DNA of 61,549 nt, counting the filler, from Collodictyon triciliatum (lineage: Eukaryota), in assembly GCA_043381765.1 (NCBI GenBank). It is 10 parts of 10 records of this genome, joined end to end, with 100 filler letters (N's around TTAATTAATTAA, not from the genome) between each part and the next. Parts side by side here need not be neighbours in the genome. Positions count along the whole stretch, not along the records: positions 21,549 to 28,640 come from JBHJMP010004078.1; positions 28,741 to 35,819 come from JBHJMP010004079.1; positions 35,920 to 42,988 come from JBHJMP010004080.1; 7 more parts are not named here. One strand, given 5' to 3'. The notes beneath the pieces are model-generated. The model saw only the letters and a program-made list of their open reading frames with translations, was not told where the DNA came from and ran no database searches. Below, in pieces: positions 25,680 through 39,665 of this stretch (position 1 is the first letter of the stretch; every line of letters begins with the position of its first letter). The position numbers were made by a program, and so were the translations under genes.

Positions 25680-25972
25680 ACAAAGAGAGACGAAGAGAGA
25701 TACAAAGAGAGACAAAGAATGAGACAAAGAATGAGACAAAGAATGAGGCAAAGAGAAAGACAAAGAGAAAGACAAAGAATGAGACAAAGAATGAGACAAA
25801 GAGAAAGACAAAGAATGAGACAAAGAATGAGACAAAGAATGAGACAAAGAATGAGACAAAGAGTGACAAAGAGAGACAAAGAGAGACAAAGAGATACAAA
25901 GAATGAGACAAAGAATGAGACAAAGAATGAGACTAAGAATGAGACAAAGAGAGACAAAGAGAGACAAAGAAT
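25680..25972 (+). repeat. (GAGACAAAGAAT)n-type 12-bp minisatellite
   Basis: Degenerate 12-mer array. Confidence 0.9.
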
Positions 25973-26268
25973 GAGGGCCAAGTTGCATATTTCTCATTCG
26001 TTTTATCACCCAAAAAAATATGAAAAAGAAAGAAGAGACCAGAAAGAACCATAGCTAAGCGATAACTGTTTCCTGGCGGAAAGACTCAAAGGCCGAGGAT
26101 ATCTTTTCTGCTTTGGCGTCCGCTGTGTGACTTTGTGCTGGACAAACAGGAGGCGAGTCTGCGACCGAAGGCCTTTGCGTTTGATTTGATCAGAGAGCAG
26201 AGTGTCCCTGAGCCTCGCAACAACCAGACAAAAGGCCGCAGCGTCAACTCGGGGCAGCGTTCGCAGGC

Positions 26269-27385
26269 ATGACGGAAGGCGTCAGACGCAAGAATGATCT
26301 GACACAGCGAGGCGCTTCGGTAAGAGTCTCTCTTATCAGAACCTTTTCTTTTTCTTTTTCTTTTTCTTTTCCTTTTCCTTTTCCTTTTCCTTTTCCTTTT
26401 CCTTTTCCTTTTCTTTTTCCTTTTCCTTTTCCTTTTCCTTTTCCTTTTCCTTTTCCTTTTCCTTTTCCTTTTCCTTTTTTATTCTTGTTTCCTTTTCTTT
26501 TTCTTTTTCTTTTCCTTTTCCTTTCTCTTTTCCTTTCTCTTTTATTTGATTTTCTTTTTCTTTTTCTTTCCCTTTTCTTTTTCCTTTTTCTTTTCATTGA
26601 TTTTCTTTTTCTTTTTCTTTTCTTTTTCTTTTCTTTTTCTTTTCATTGATTTTCATTGATTTTCTTTTTCTTTTTCTTTTTTCTTCTTTTCTTTTTTCTT
26701 TTCTCTTTTTCATTGATTTTCTTTTTTCTCCTTTTCCTTTTTCCTTCTTCCTTTTCTTCTCTCTTTTCCTTTCTATTTTCCTTTCTCTTTTCTTTTTCTT
26801 TTCATTGATTTTCTTTTTTCTCCTTTTCCTTTTTCCTTTTCTTCTTTTTTTTTTCCAGGCCAGCTTTAGAATGTAATAAATCCGAAGTAATTCATTCTCC
26901 TCAGCTTCTCGTCGAGGTTGAGTCACTAGCGCGGCATATCTCGACAGGGTCGTCAATCCAGCAGGTTTTCATAGTATAGCGAAGCAAGAGAGCCAGCAGA
27001 TACATCGCGTACTCTGTCTCCAACAACAAGGCCAAGCTTTCACTTACCATCTCTTTCACTTACAGGAGCTTTCAGGTTCCATCCGCTCCTTTACGCAAAT
27101 GGACGATGTCCTACGGCAGACAGACGATGTTTGTGAATATTTCAATCAAAATAAGGCAAAAACATATGTCTTTCCTCCATTATGTCAATTTTCATTATTC
27201 TATGTCATCTCAGAATATTACGCGGCATTCATTCCAAACACTTCAGGAATTCAAGCAGCAGTGAGTATTTCTCTTTCATCGTTATAAGCTAGCCTCCATA
27301 AGTTCCCTCTTTTTTTTTTCATATCCTTGTATGAATTCCTAATTTTTATCTCTTTTCAAAACAGGATTCAATACATTTCATTCAG
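26269..27385 (+). CDS. Small multi-exon helical protein, possibly BORCS7-like
   Basis: Exon MTEGVRRKNDLTQRGAS followed by GTAAG donor; later exon ELSGSIRSFTQMDDVLRQTDD. The resemblance to BORC subunit 7 is weak and from memory; middle exons unresolved. Confidence 0.3.
26344..26856 (+). repeat. Intronic polypyrimidine low-complexity tract including (TTTTCC)n
   Basis: About 500 nt almost entirely T/C. Confidence 0.9.
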
Positions 27386-28971
27386 GTAAATTTTTAAGTA
27401 ATAGATTTTGATTGTGCTAATTGTTGTCTTTTCGTGTATGGCAAAGAAATAGTGGACGAATATCTGCAAGGATGTATTAACTTGACCTATCCTCACAGTC
27501 TCGATTCCATCACACCAGCAAACAAGCAGCTCAAAGAAACACTCTGTTTGTTAAAAGGCTGTGATGACACTCCGCCTGGTGCGATTGAGAGCGAAGCTAG
27601 ACAACCGCACTCACAATAGATGTTTCCTTTGTGACTCCAATATACCAGCCTATTTTAGACAACCGGACAACTTTTCATCTATCATCACTATTACTTAAGC
27701 GTCAAAGTTCTCACATGCGCTTTGAGAGGACAATATCTTTTCACATCACCATAAATGTAGTGCACAAAAACAGAGAAAAAATTGGCTGTAATTAAAGACA
27801 GGTGTTCTCATGGACAAAAATTATACTCAGCCATGAATTTTTTCTATATTTTAAATGCATTCAAGCAATTGACATTTTTTCATCACGTGCGAGAAGTATA
27901 CTAGTGGTTCGTATAATTCTATCCATCATTTAAGCTCATATGTTATTCCGGTGAGCGTTGTAGGAAAATCAAAAAAAAATTATTCAAACACGACTTGCGT
28001 AATCCAGCAATTTTCTACCTTACTCTTTTCTTTACTTTTCAACAGTTTATTGAGAGAAAACAAAGCCAAGGAAACCGCCTTCGCCTCTAGGACAAGAAAT
28101 GAGCTGTGGACGAGACAGTGGAAAACCCCGGATTGTGTGGTTGGAGGTTTTGTGTTTTGGAAAGAAAAAAAAGAAAAGGAAAAAGAAAATAGAAAGGAGA
28201 GAAAGTGTTTTCACACGCAAACTAATATACCCGAGGTGAATCAGCTACAACGCGGTTTCTGGATGTATTCGAATCTGACAAGAGCAGCGGATAAAGTTGT
28301 CGGGTCGATGAAAGTACGCACATGGCAGTTATTTTGATAAGTGATTCCGACGAGTCCTTTCAATCGTCTATCTCAGACAAGGTTTACATCCTATTTCATT
28401 CCACTGGATAAATCTTTTGAGGGGACAACGGGCCACTTTCCTTGCGTTTCTTGCTGGGCGACTCTGACAAAAAGCGATACATCGTTGATTGTCTGGCATT
28501 ATCGGAAGTGGCGCTTGACCGTCCCCTGGTTTCGGGACTGTGCGTAGCCGGCAGTGGACTTTGCTTTACCGGAGTATGGATACGCGTTTGTGGTTTTAGA
28601 AACATACGCTCCTGCTTGCTCGGACTGTCTTTGGTGTGTGNNNNNNNNNNNNNNNNNNNNNNNNNNNNNNNNNNNNNNNNNNNNTTAATTAATTAANNNN
28701 NNNNNNNNNNNNNNNNNNNNNNNNNNNNNNNNNNNNNNNNGTCTTATGGTTCTCAAGCGAGAGAATCAGCCTTCATCAAATTCAACCGCAGCAAATGCCA
28801 CCGAGCAGGCGGCTTGATGTGGAGAATGTCGACAATACAAAACTGGAGAGCCGAGCCATCCAAGAACGCCGTCCGTTGCACCGCCGCCCGCAAAGGAACA
28901 CGCTTCCACCACGCTGCCCAGAGAGAGAGAGAGAGAGTGAGAGAGAGAGAGAGAGAGGGAGGGCTCCAGAG

Positions 28972-29304
28972 ATGTCTTGTGCGGCCGATCATCGCGCTGC
29001 GCACGCGACCGTGCGGGAATACTTGGCGTACCACGGATTCCACGACACCGTCGACACGTTGGAAGGAGAGTGGTATGTGTGTGCGCTTCTCCACCTGCTC
29101 TTTGTCTCGGCTGCCTTGGGCCAATCAGGTGCGGTATGTAGTCGTCCTCAACTTCACTTGCCTATGTCCCTCTAGTTTGGAAAAGTCATGGACCGAAGTG
29201 AAGCTCAATTCAAGGTCAAAGTTGTCGAAAGAGGAGATCAAGGTCTGCCTCTCTTTGTCTTTCTCTCGCTCAGTGTTTTTGTTTTGTTTTGTTTTGTTTT
29301 TGTT

Positions 29305-29335
<31 letters not shown>

Positions 29336-32300
29336 GTTTTTTTGTTTTTTGTTTTTGTTTTTTGTTTTCTTATTATAATTTGCTTCAAATGTTTGCCCAA
29401 TGCGAATAAACATATTGACAAACTCGCACATGTGCCCCGTAGCAAACTTTGTGCCGATACATGGAAGAAGGCTCCTTTCAAGAGTTCAACGACCTATGGG
29501 GTTCTGCTGTCCCAGAAAAAGTACACCTATAATAGCACCTCTTATTCCATATATATCCCTGAAAGTAAAATCAAGTTATCCCGATCATGATAAAGTATGT
29601 TTAGTTTGTTGAAAAGGACGTTTTTTCCCCCTCCCCTCAAAATCACTCGTTCTATTTTTTGTTTCTTTTTATAAACCAAAAGAAAGCAATTAAAAAAAAT
29701 AAATTACCCCAATTAAGAAAAAAAAGAAAGAGGAAAGATAATATAATTACATCCAATATAGATAAGAAATAGCGATCCTACTTCTCTCAAGGTGGAATTT
29801 TATGCAAACCTATACATCGCTATATATCCGGTGCACGAACTTAGCAAAGGGAAAAAAATAGAGAGCCTGAGCACTACAAAAGTTTTTTTTTTGTTTGTTT
29901 ATAAACACGAAATATTTTTAATGACAAAGACTTACCTGCTTAGTATACCTATGGACAACTTTTGAACCTTAAACCTATTATTCCGACTTTATTGCATTTT
30001 AATAGGGGCCAAAATTTCATATTACAAAGTCTCTCTTCTTTCTGTCGCTCATTTTCCTTTTCACCAGCATCATTCAGATACAATTCATCTAATTTTAATA
30101 GTCCACAGTTTTTTGTAACACTGGTATATAACTTGATATAGTCCAGGTTCAAAAGTTTCCTAGAGAATAAAGGTGATTTGCTCTCCAAAATACCTGAATT
30201 TATTCAGTTCTACGCATTGCCCTTCGTGCCTAACCCCATGGATCATCCCAGTTTCAAAGAAATATTTACTGTAATTGTAAATTTAGTTCAGTTGTTCTCT
30301 CCAATTTCGAATATTCTTGATCATCTCTATGTTATACTCCCCTCACTTTCGTTCTGTCTATTGTTCAATTGTCTCAGCTTGATTTCTGCGCCAGGCATGT
30401 TCATTTCTTCTAAAATTGTAATGCATTTATATCAAGGTACATTGGGTTAGGGAATTGCGAGAAAGGTTAGAGCGATTTGTTGATATTACAGTGACTTCTG
30501 AGGCCCCTCCCAGAATATATCTAATGTGCAGCATGGTTAGTATAGTCTAATCGAGCCAAGATTATGAAAAGAATGACATTAAATAGGGACACATTCAAGT
30601 TGATGTTATTTTCTTTTATGAAATGTTATATTTTGCAGTTAAAAGAGAAACCATTATCATCTGACGGAGACCGTGTTGGCCCATTAAAGACTCGGTCTAG
30701 AAGTACTCAGTTTATTCCTCCCTAGAATTAATTACTGTTTTCATACTTTTTTTTTAGAATAGTATTAGATGCCTTTGTTAACACGACATATATGTATTAC
30801 GCACTTATTTTCCCTCTGAACACTGATTTCTAATTCTTTTATAAAAGGCAATTCCAATGAATCTGATTTACAGCTGAAGCTCATCTCAAGGTTTTCTTAT
30901 CAAATACAAAAAATCTACCAGATTTATTCATAATATTTATTGCCTCGTGTTATATTCATCCACTCAATTCCAACATTTGATTTTTTGAATGATAATATCC
31001 CGTGTCACTTTTTTCTTCTTAGTGAACAAAGAGAACTCAAATTGAGGGAAATGCTGTTGTCTCACCAGGCAAGAATAGCAATATCCTTCTCCAAAAGAAT
31101 AAAATAAATTCCTCTTTACTATTTTACACACCCAATCTTATCCATATAGTATGCCTGACCATTGTAAAAATACATTCATTTAAAGGAGACAAACAAACAG
31201 TTGCGTGAATTTTGTGTGCAATTACTCGAAACTCTAGAGAGTTGTTCAAAAGGAGGAAAAGTAGAATCAATACTATCAATTCAGCCATATGCATTAGTTT
31301 CCATCCCACGAATTTTATAATAGTAAAATAAATAAATCACATGGTTCTGTTAATATCATATTCATGCCACCCAGGTTTTACCAGATTATATTCGAGAGAG
31401 GACAGAAACATTCAAGAAAATAGGAAGTCAGCCTAACCAACCAAAATTTACAGTTCTGTTAATATTTTTTTTTAAAAGTTATACTAATATTGTATTGAAG
31501 TTGAGAATAAAACGCAAATACTATCCCACAAATAATGGATCTATAGCTAAATTCGAGACGAACTAAAGCCTGACAAATATTCTCAAGGACTCTTTTTTTT
31601 TTTTTTTAATCCAAAATAAAAAAATCAACCCATAGGCCAATATTTTAAGTCAATCGCCAGCATTGAGCGATGTAAATAAGTCTAAAAGGAACAGGTTACA
31701 AACCATTTTCTTTTTTTTTTTTAAAATAATAACTTTATAATTTTTATACCAAAATCACTCAGGACAGAAGTTTGTTAATTACTGGTTTTAAAATTTTTCT
31801 GATTTTTTTTGGGGTTTCCATTTCAATTGCTAATAACTGGTACACCAATAATCCGCCCAAGCAGCTTACAGCTCAATTCATATGGTCTTGCTCGTCCATC
31901 GCACCACAATCTATTCTCTAATCAAACCTTGGCGCCTCTTGACTACCTAAAAATAAAGTCAGTCTGAGTTTTTATTGTTGACCAATTTTTTTTCTCCTTG
32001 AGGCATATCTCTCTTTATCCAGCGGCATACCTGTGAAGTATTCATATATCAATTACTCATTGCTACATACAATTACATCTATGTAGAGAACACTTATCAA
32101 AGGCGGATGCTAAATCAAAAGCGTATTTACTACAGGCTCTACGTTGGGTATGCTATTGGATACTTTATGAGCTCAGAAAAAACATTATAAAGTCTAATCG
32201 CCTAATATATCGACAAACCTAATATTAACATATGTTTCTTTTCCTTATTTTTTTTTTAAAAATAAAAGAGAATTACAAAATCACCGACTGGTGATAGCCG

Positions 32301-35300
32301 CAAGAGAGTTGTCCAGAGTTATATTAATTCTAATCTGTTCTCTCTATCATCAAACACCGTAATTTTTTCTTTTGAATATATTTTGCATTTCGAAATCATC
32401 TTCATGTATTGTTTGTTTGTTTGTTTGTTTGTTTGTTTGTTTGTTTGTTTGTTTGTTTGTTTGTTTGTTTGTTTGTTTGTTTGTTTGTTTGTTTGTTTGT
32501 TTGTTTGTTTGTTTGTTTGTTGATGTATTCACGAATACAATATATATATATATAATATTCTTGCTTGTGTTGCCCTTACTGAAAGTAGGATTAAAATATG
32601 AATAATATATCATCTCTAGGACTTACTTAACACACTTCTATTTGACGAATCGCCAGCTGTTAAGCAAGAAGCAACAAGACTTTTGAACATTATATCATCT
32701 GATTATTCTGGAAGAGACTATTTAAAGAAAAGGTCTCCTGTAAAGGACCTTGTCCGCTTGATTAATTCAGGTGTATATTATGTCATTTTCATAGGTTCTG
32801 TTTTTACTTTTCTTTTTAAATGTCTTAAATAACAACAAAAATTTAACAGAACCTGATGATACGGTTGTGAGGCAAAATTGTATAGGAACTCTGCAGAAAC
32901 TCAGTTTGAAGTTTGTATTCTATCTATTGATATTAATCTTAAAAATAACCCAGAGCTTAATTCAGAATCAACTTCATACCAGTCGAGCTTTTCAATCAGA
33001 GATGATCGAAGCTGGTCTCATCGAAGCTATACTTGTGATTCTTAGGTGAATGATAGTCATGAGTTTGTAATATATTAACGTCTCAATCACTCATTGTCTC
33101 TTTTTTTCTTTTAATAGAGGCCCAAACTACTTAAGCGATTACTCTCTTGAATATAGCTCGGCTTTGTTGATGAATTTATGCTTGCGACATACAGGACGAG
33201 TAATACCCAATATTCTTATGCATGCATATCATTTTATTCAAATTGAACGGAATATAAGTATGATGATTTTCTGATTTATAAATATCTTTCTGGATCTTAA
33301 ATCTAAAGTTATGTATTTTGGGACGAATATACAAACAAGTCCTGTTTCGAATCATGCGTCCCTTATTTGATTGTCTTTCCATTTTCCCCTATCCTAGTAA
33401 TTACTCAATGCCTTCTCTTACTCTCTAGAAAGTCAAAAACTATGGCATTTTCCTTTGATATCTTTCAAATTCATACAAATATAAATTCAGACTAAATGTG
33501 AAGCATTGGATATATTCCCAGTTTTATCCCAGTTGTTGGAGACAAAAGACCCCCAGGTATAGGTGGTTGACAAAAATATTGAATCGTTTCTCTTTGTATA
33601 TACAAATCCTATTATTTGTTACCAGGTATGCAATTTTTTTTTGTAAGAAATATCGAACACCCTTTATTCTGATATTCTACTTTCTAGATTAGAGAATATA
33701 TTCACGGAGCTTTGTATTCCATTTTGAAGAGACCAGTAATTAGAGAGAAGGCTAAATCATTTCATTTAGAAACATATTTACAAAAAGAGACGGAATCTAG
33801 GTAACTTGGGTTAACACCATCTAATATAATAGGCGGTTCAAATATATGTTTTTCTCTCTCTTTTACAATAATTTTTTTTTTGATGTTGTATTGTCTTTGT
33901 CATTCATTTTCCTCCAGAGACATCCTACTATTCGATTTTCATCACTTTTTTTTAATATCACAAGCACACCAACTATTCGAAAGCAAATAGACTTTGTCAC
34001 AAAGCAGCTAAACTCAGGTAATTGAATTTTTTTTGTTATTATATATATTGTAAATAAAAATAAGAAAGTGAAGACTAACGTAGAAATTTACGATATGCAA
34101 GACGATGCTGATGATTCTGCATCTATTGATGGAGAGGAGGAAGAAGACACAAACGACGATGAAGAGGAATTCACCGACCATGACGAAGTAAATCTGAACA
34201 AAAATTACATTCAATCAGTTGCGATTGTTGAACTCTTGACACACACTTCTTTGTTCGGCCGGCTTGTTAAAAAACAAAACAAAAATGAACAAAAAACTCA
34301 TCAGTGTGTTATATTTAAAGAGCTACGAAGGGCTCCCCGCAAAAGATGTTCTACAAGGAGAAAAGCTATTGTGCTCAAGTTATCTAATCCATAATGTAAC
34401 ACTCCAATATTCTTTATCATATGCGTAATATGAATTTGTGTATCCTTTATATGTGTAGTAAGGGTTAATTTTGAACACAAATGATATGTTAACTTTTCTT
34501 TTTCATGCTCACCTAGGAGGCAGCTACTAGTCAAATAGAAGAAGTTGAGAAAGCCATGAGGCTTAGAGAAAAACAAAAAGTACGACACAAGCTGTATTAT
34601 GTTGTTCTGTACATAACGTTACTTATCTCTCAGTATTCACACAAATTTTGGTGCGCAGCATGATAGAGGAGTCAATAGAAATGCCACCTCGGATGCCGAT
34701 TCACAGGAGCAAGATCGATCTGGTTTGTTCTTGAAGACCTACAGTATTGGTCTTATTTTTGATATTTATAATTTCATTTTTGTTTTAAAATTACAGCATA
34801 GCCTGATGCCAGTTAGTTTATAATACATAGGCTACATTCCAAATATTCGGCTTTTTTTTTCTTCACTTTTGTTAAAATAATTTCTGACATTTTTTCTTCA
34901 ACTATTCGAATACATCTGATGTAGACGGGAAATTCAATCAAGATGATGTAATATTTATTTATCAAAATACATTAGTAGATGGCCAAACCATTATGACCAT
35001 TTTTATGAATAAATCCGATCATATAGTCACAGTCTTCCACCCCGCGACATGTTGGAATAATTCATCACAAGAAGGGGGATACCGTAAACATTTCCATCAT
35101 CTTGAAGCTTGAAATTAGAGAGATAGAGAGATAGAGAGCGGGCCAATAGAAGATATGATGAAATGAAAAGCGTACCAACATCATTTGTCCTTCTGCTCAC
35201 AGGCCAGAGCTGGAATCAACAAGGCGCCCATCAACACTGTGGAGTGAGTGATGTATTTTTTATTTTACTTTATTCTTAGGCTTTGTTGCAAAAGGCATAA

Positions 35301-35616
35301 TAATAAAACAGGTATCCTGAGTATGAGGCAGCCTTTGGAACACGCCCTAGGTTGGCTAGAACACCCCTGAAAGGTGAAAGAAGGTCAAATCTAAGGGACT
35401 CTGAAAACTCTGAGCCCACACCGTCTTCGTCTTTATTGTTATCCCAAAATACGCAATCGGTGGCCAGGGATAAATGGCCGAACAACCCGTATGACACTCA
35501 ACAAGATGACACCACAATACCGAAATGTAAGGCCATTTTCCAACTCCCAAGTCTCCTATTTTAATTTTTTTTTTTTCACTTCTCTTTGGCCTACAGTACA
35601 ATTTACTCAGTTGTAA
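28972..35616 (+). CDS. ARMC9: LisH domain-containing protein ARMC9 (ciliary/basal body)
   Basis: Lis[21 protein letters not shown], then [65 protein letters not shown] and [19 protein letters not shown]. More than 20 exons; stop at 35614-35616 tentative. Confidence 0.9.
32411..32522 (+). repeat. (GTTT)n microsatellite in an ARMC9 intron
   Basis: Direct reading. Confidence 0.95.
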
Positions 35617-35919
35617 TGCCATCCATACTTTGAATGTCAAAAAAAAAAAAGACTAAAGAAAAGAAAAGAAAAGAAAAGAAAACTAAAGAAAACTAAAGAA
35701 AACTAAAGAAAACTAAAGACTAAAGAAAAGAAAAGAAAAGAAAAGAAAAGAAAAGAAAAGAAAAGAAAAGAAAAGAAAAGAAAAGAAAAGAAAAGAAAAG
35801 AAAAGAAAAGAAAAGAAAANNNNNNNNNNNNNNNNNNNNNNNNNNNNNNNNNNNNNNNNNNNNTTAATTAATTAANNNNNNNNNNNNNNNNNNNNNNNNN
35901 NNNNNNNNNNNNNNNNNNN

Positions 35920-38900
35920 ACAGACTCTGCTCTATTCCTGCGGAGATATTCCTGCTACGTAATCTTGAGGAGCTTAATGTAGACGACAACATGGTCTCAT
36001 GGATACCTCATGAGATATCGCTTTTGAATAATCTCAAATATTTTAGCGTCACAAGAAACCGACTTCAGTTGCTTCCTGCTGAAATAACATTACTCACCAA
36101 CCTCAAAATTCTGGACATATCTGAGAATAGCTTCTCATCGATTCCACAAGAAGTGTTTGATTTAATTGGATTAAAGATGCTTGTTCTTAGCAATAACCAA
36201 ATATCTCAGCTTCCACCAGAGATATCCAATTTGTCAGCCCTCACAAAACTTGGTTTAACGAGTAACAAGATTTTCTCGATACCATCAGAAATGTGTCATT
36301 GTGCGAATCTTGTGTATCTCGGTCTTGGACTGAATAATATTTCATCGCTTCCAGAAACTTCATCACAACTAGTCAATCTTCAAGAGTTGAATTTACCGTA
36401 CAATCTTATCTCATCGCTTTTTGCTGAAATAACATTACTCACCAACCTCAAAATTCTAGACATATCTGAGAACAGGTTCTCATCGATTCCACAAGAAGTG
36501 TTTGATTTAATTGGATTAAAGATGCTTGTTCTTAGCAATAACTTAATATCACATCTTCCACCAGAGATATCTAACTTGCCAGCCCTCAGAAGACTTGACT
36601 TAACGGATAATTTGCTTTCAACAATACCATCAGAGATATGTCATTGCACGAATCTTGTGTATCTCGGTCTTGAATTGAATAATATTTCATCGCTGCCAGA
36701 AACTTTATCACAACTAGTCAATCTTCAAGAGCTGAATTTAGCACACAATCGTATTTCATGGCTTCCTGCTGAAATAGCATTACTCACCAAGCTTGAAATT
36801 CTTGACATGTTCGAAAATGACTTCACCTTGTTTCCACAAGAAATATTTGATTTAATTGGATTAAAGATGCTTGTGCTTAGCAATAACTTAATATCACATC
36901 TTCCACCAGACATGTCCAACTTGTCAGCCCTCAGAAGACTTGACTTAACGGATAATTTGCTTTCGAATATTCCATCAGAGATATGCCATTGCACGAATCT
37001 TGTGTATTTTAGTCTTGGACTGAATTATATTTCATCGCTGCCAGAAACTTTATCACAATTATTCAACCTTAAGGAATTGAGTATTGAAAAAAACAGAATT
37101 TATTTGCTTCCTGCTGAATTAAAATTACTCACAAACCTCGAAATTCTTGACATGTCAGAGAACAGGTTCACAACGATTCCACAAGAAGTATTTGATTTGG
37201 TCGGATTAAAGATGCTTGTGCTCAGCAATAACCAAATATCACAACTTCCACCAGAGATATCCAACTTGTCAGCCCTCACAAAACTTGGGTTAATGGAAAA
37301 CCGGCTTTCAACAATACCATCAGAGATATGTCATTGCACGAGTCTTGTGTATCTTAGTCTTGGACTGAATAATATTTCATCGCTGCCAGAAACTTTATCA
37401 CAACTAGTCAATCTTCAAGAGCTAAATTTACCGTACAATCGCATTTCATGGCTTCCCGCTGAAATGACATTACTCACAAACCTCGAAATTCTTGTAATGT
37501 TCGAAAATGACTTCACATTGATTCCACAAGGAGTATTTGATTTGGTCGGATTAAAGAGGCTTGTTCTTAGCAATAACTTAATATACCATCTTCCACCAGA
37601 CATATCCAACTTGTCAGCCCTCACAAAACTTGGCTTCACAAAGAACCGGCTTTCAACAATACCACCAGAGATATGTGATTGCACGAATCTTTTGTATCTT
37701 AGTCTTGGACTGAATAATATTTCATCGCTTCCAGAAACTTTATCACAGCTAGTCAATCTTCAAGATCTGAATTTAGCACACAATTGTATATCATGGATTC
37801 CTGCTGAAATGACATTACTCACAAACCTCAACATTCTTGACATGTCAGAGAACAGCTTCTCATTGATTCCACAAGAAGTGTTTGATTTAGTTGGATTAAA
37901 GATGCTTGTTCTTAGCAATAACCAAATATCACAACTTCCACCAGAGATATCCAACTTGTCAGCCCTCACAAGTCTTGACTTAACGGATAATTTGCTTTCA
38001 ACAATACCATCAGAGATATGCCATTGCATGAATCTTGTGTATCTTAGTCTTGGACTGAATAATATTTCATCGCTGCCAGAAACTTTATCACAATTATCCA
38101 ACCTTAAGGAATTGAGTATTGAAAAAAACAGACTTTATTTGCTTCCTGCTGAATTAAAATTACTCACAAACCTCGAAACTCTTGACATGTCAGAGAACAG
38201 CTTCTCATTGATTCCACAAGAAGTGTTTGATTTAATTGGATTAGAGATGCTTGTTCTCAGCAATAACCAAATACCCTATCTTCCACCAGAAATATCCAAC
38301 TTGTCAGCCCTCAGAATACTTGACTTAATGGAAAACCGGCTTTCAACTATTCCATCAGAGATATGTCATTGCACGAATCTTGTGTATCTTGGTCTTGGAT
38401 TGAGTGATATTTCATCGCTGCCTGAAACTTTATCACCACTAGTCAATCTTCAAGAGCTGAATTTAGGACACAATCGTATTTCATGGCCTCCTGCTGAAAT
38501 AGCATTACTCACAAACCTCGAAACTCTTGACATGTTCGAAAATGACTTTCCATCGATTTCACAAGGAGTATTTGATTTGGTTGGATTAAAGAGGCTTGTT
38601 CTTAGCAATTACTTAATATCACATCTTCCACCAGAGATATCCAACTTGTCAGCCCTCACAAAACTTGACCTCACAAAGAACTTTCTTTCAACGATACCAT
38701 CAGAAATGTGTCATTGTGCGAGCCTTGTCTATCTTGGTCTTGAATTCAACAGCATTTCATCGCTTCCTGCTGAAATAGCATTACTCACAAACCTCGAGAT
38801 TCTAGACATGTCAGAGAACAGCTTCTCATTGATTCCACAAGAAGTATTTCATTTGACAGGCCTAAAGAGGCTTGGTATTGCGATAAATCGAATATCCCAC

Positions 38901-39665
38901 CTTCCGCCAGACATATCCAACTTGTCAGCCCTTACAAAACTTGATTTAAGGAAGAACCAGCTTTCGATTATTCCATCAGAGATATGCCATTGCACAAAAC
39001 TTGTGTACCTTGGCCTTGTATTGAATTATATTTCATCGCTGCCTGGAACTTTATCACAGCTAGTCAATCTTCAAGATCTGGATATTTCATACAACCGACT
39101 TACCTTACTTCCATCGTTAATTTCTCAGTGTTCAAATCTCACTCGTATTTCGGTTAATGGAAATCAAATATCCTCATTGCCACCCGGTTCATTGAGACTT
39201 GTCAAAATTGAAGAGCTCGATATTTCGAATAACATGCTTACATCTCTTCCAATACAAGGATCCTTTTTAAAAAATTTAAGAGAAATTCGGGCCTATCACA
39301 ACTCTTTGTCCATTCTTCCAAAGGAGATATCTGTATTGGAAAGTCTCACACATTTTGAAGTTCATAGAAACAAAATCGTACACCTTCCGTCAGAAATGTT
39401 TTCTTTAACACAACTTCTTCATGTTAATATTTCAGAAAACTTAGTTTCATCAATACCAAGTCAAGTATCGGCGCTGGTGTGTCTTAGACTCTTTGATGTG
39501 AACACGAACTTCATTTCGTGTATCCCACCGGAAATATCTGGCTTGAAAAACCTCACCCGATTTTCTATCAGCAACAATCAGATTTCCGTATTACCGCGTC
39601 AGATATCAAGCCTCTCAAGGCTCGCTGTACTGCTGGCCGAAGGCAACCCGGTGGGTATTAATTGA
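35920..39665 (+). CDS. Giant intronless LRR protein, copy 1 (>50 23-aa LRRs); 5' end truncated
   Basis: Frame is open from the contig start to TGA at 39665. Nine 5-LRR super-repeats at 36090-39125 (one has only four LRRs), then eight unique LRRs ending GNPVGIN. Confidence 0.9.
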
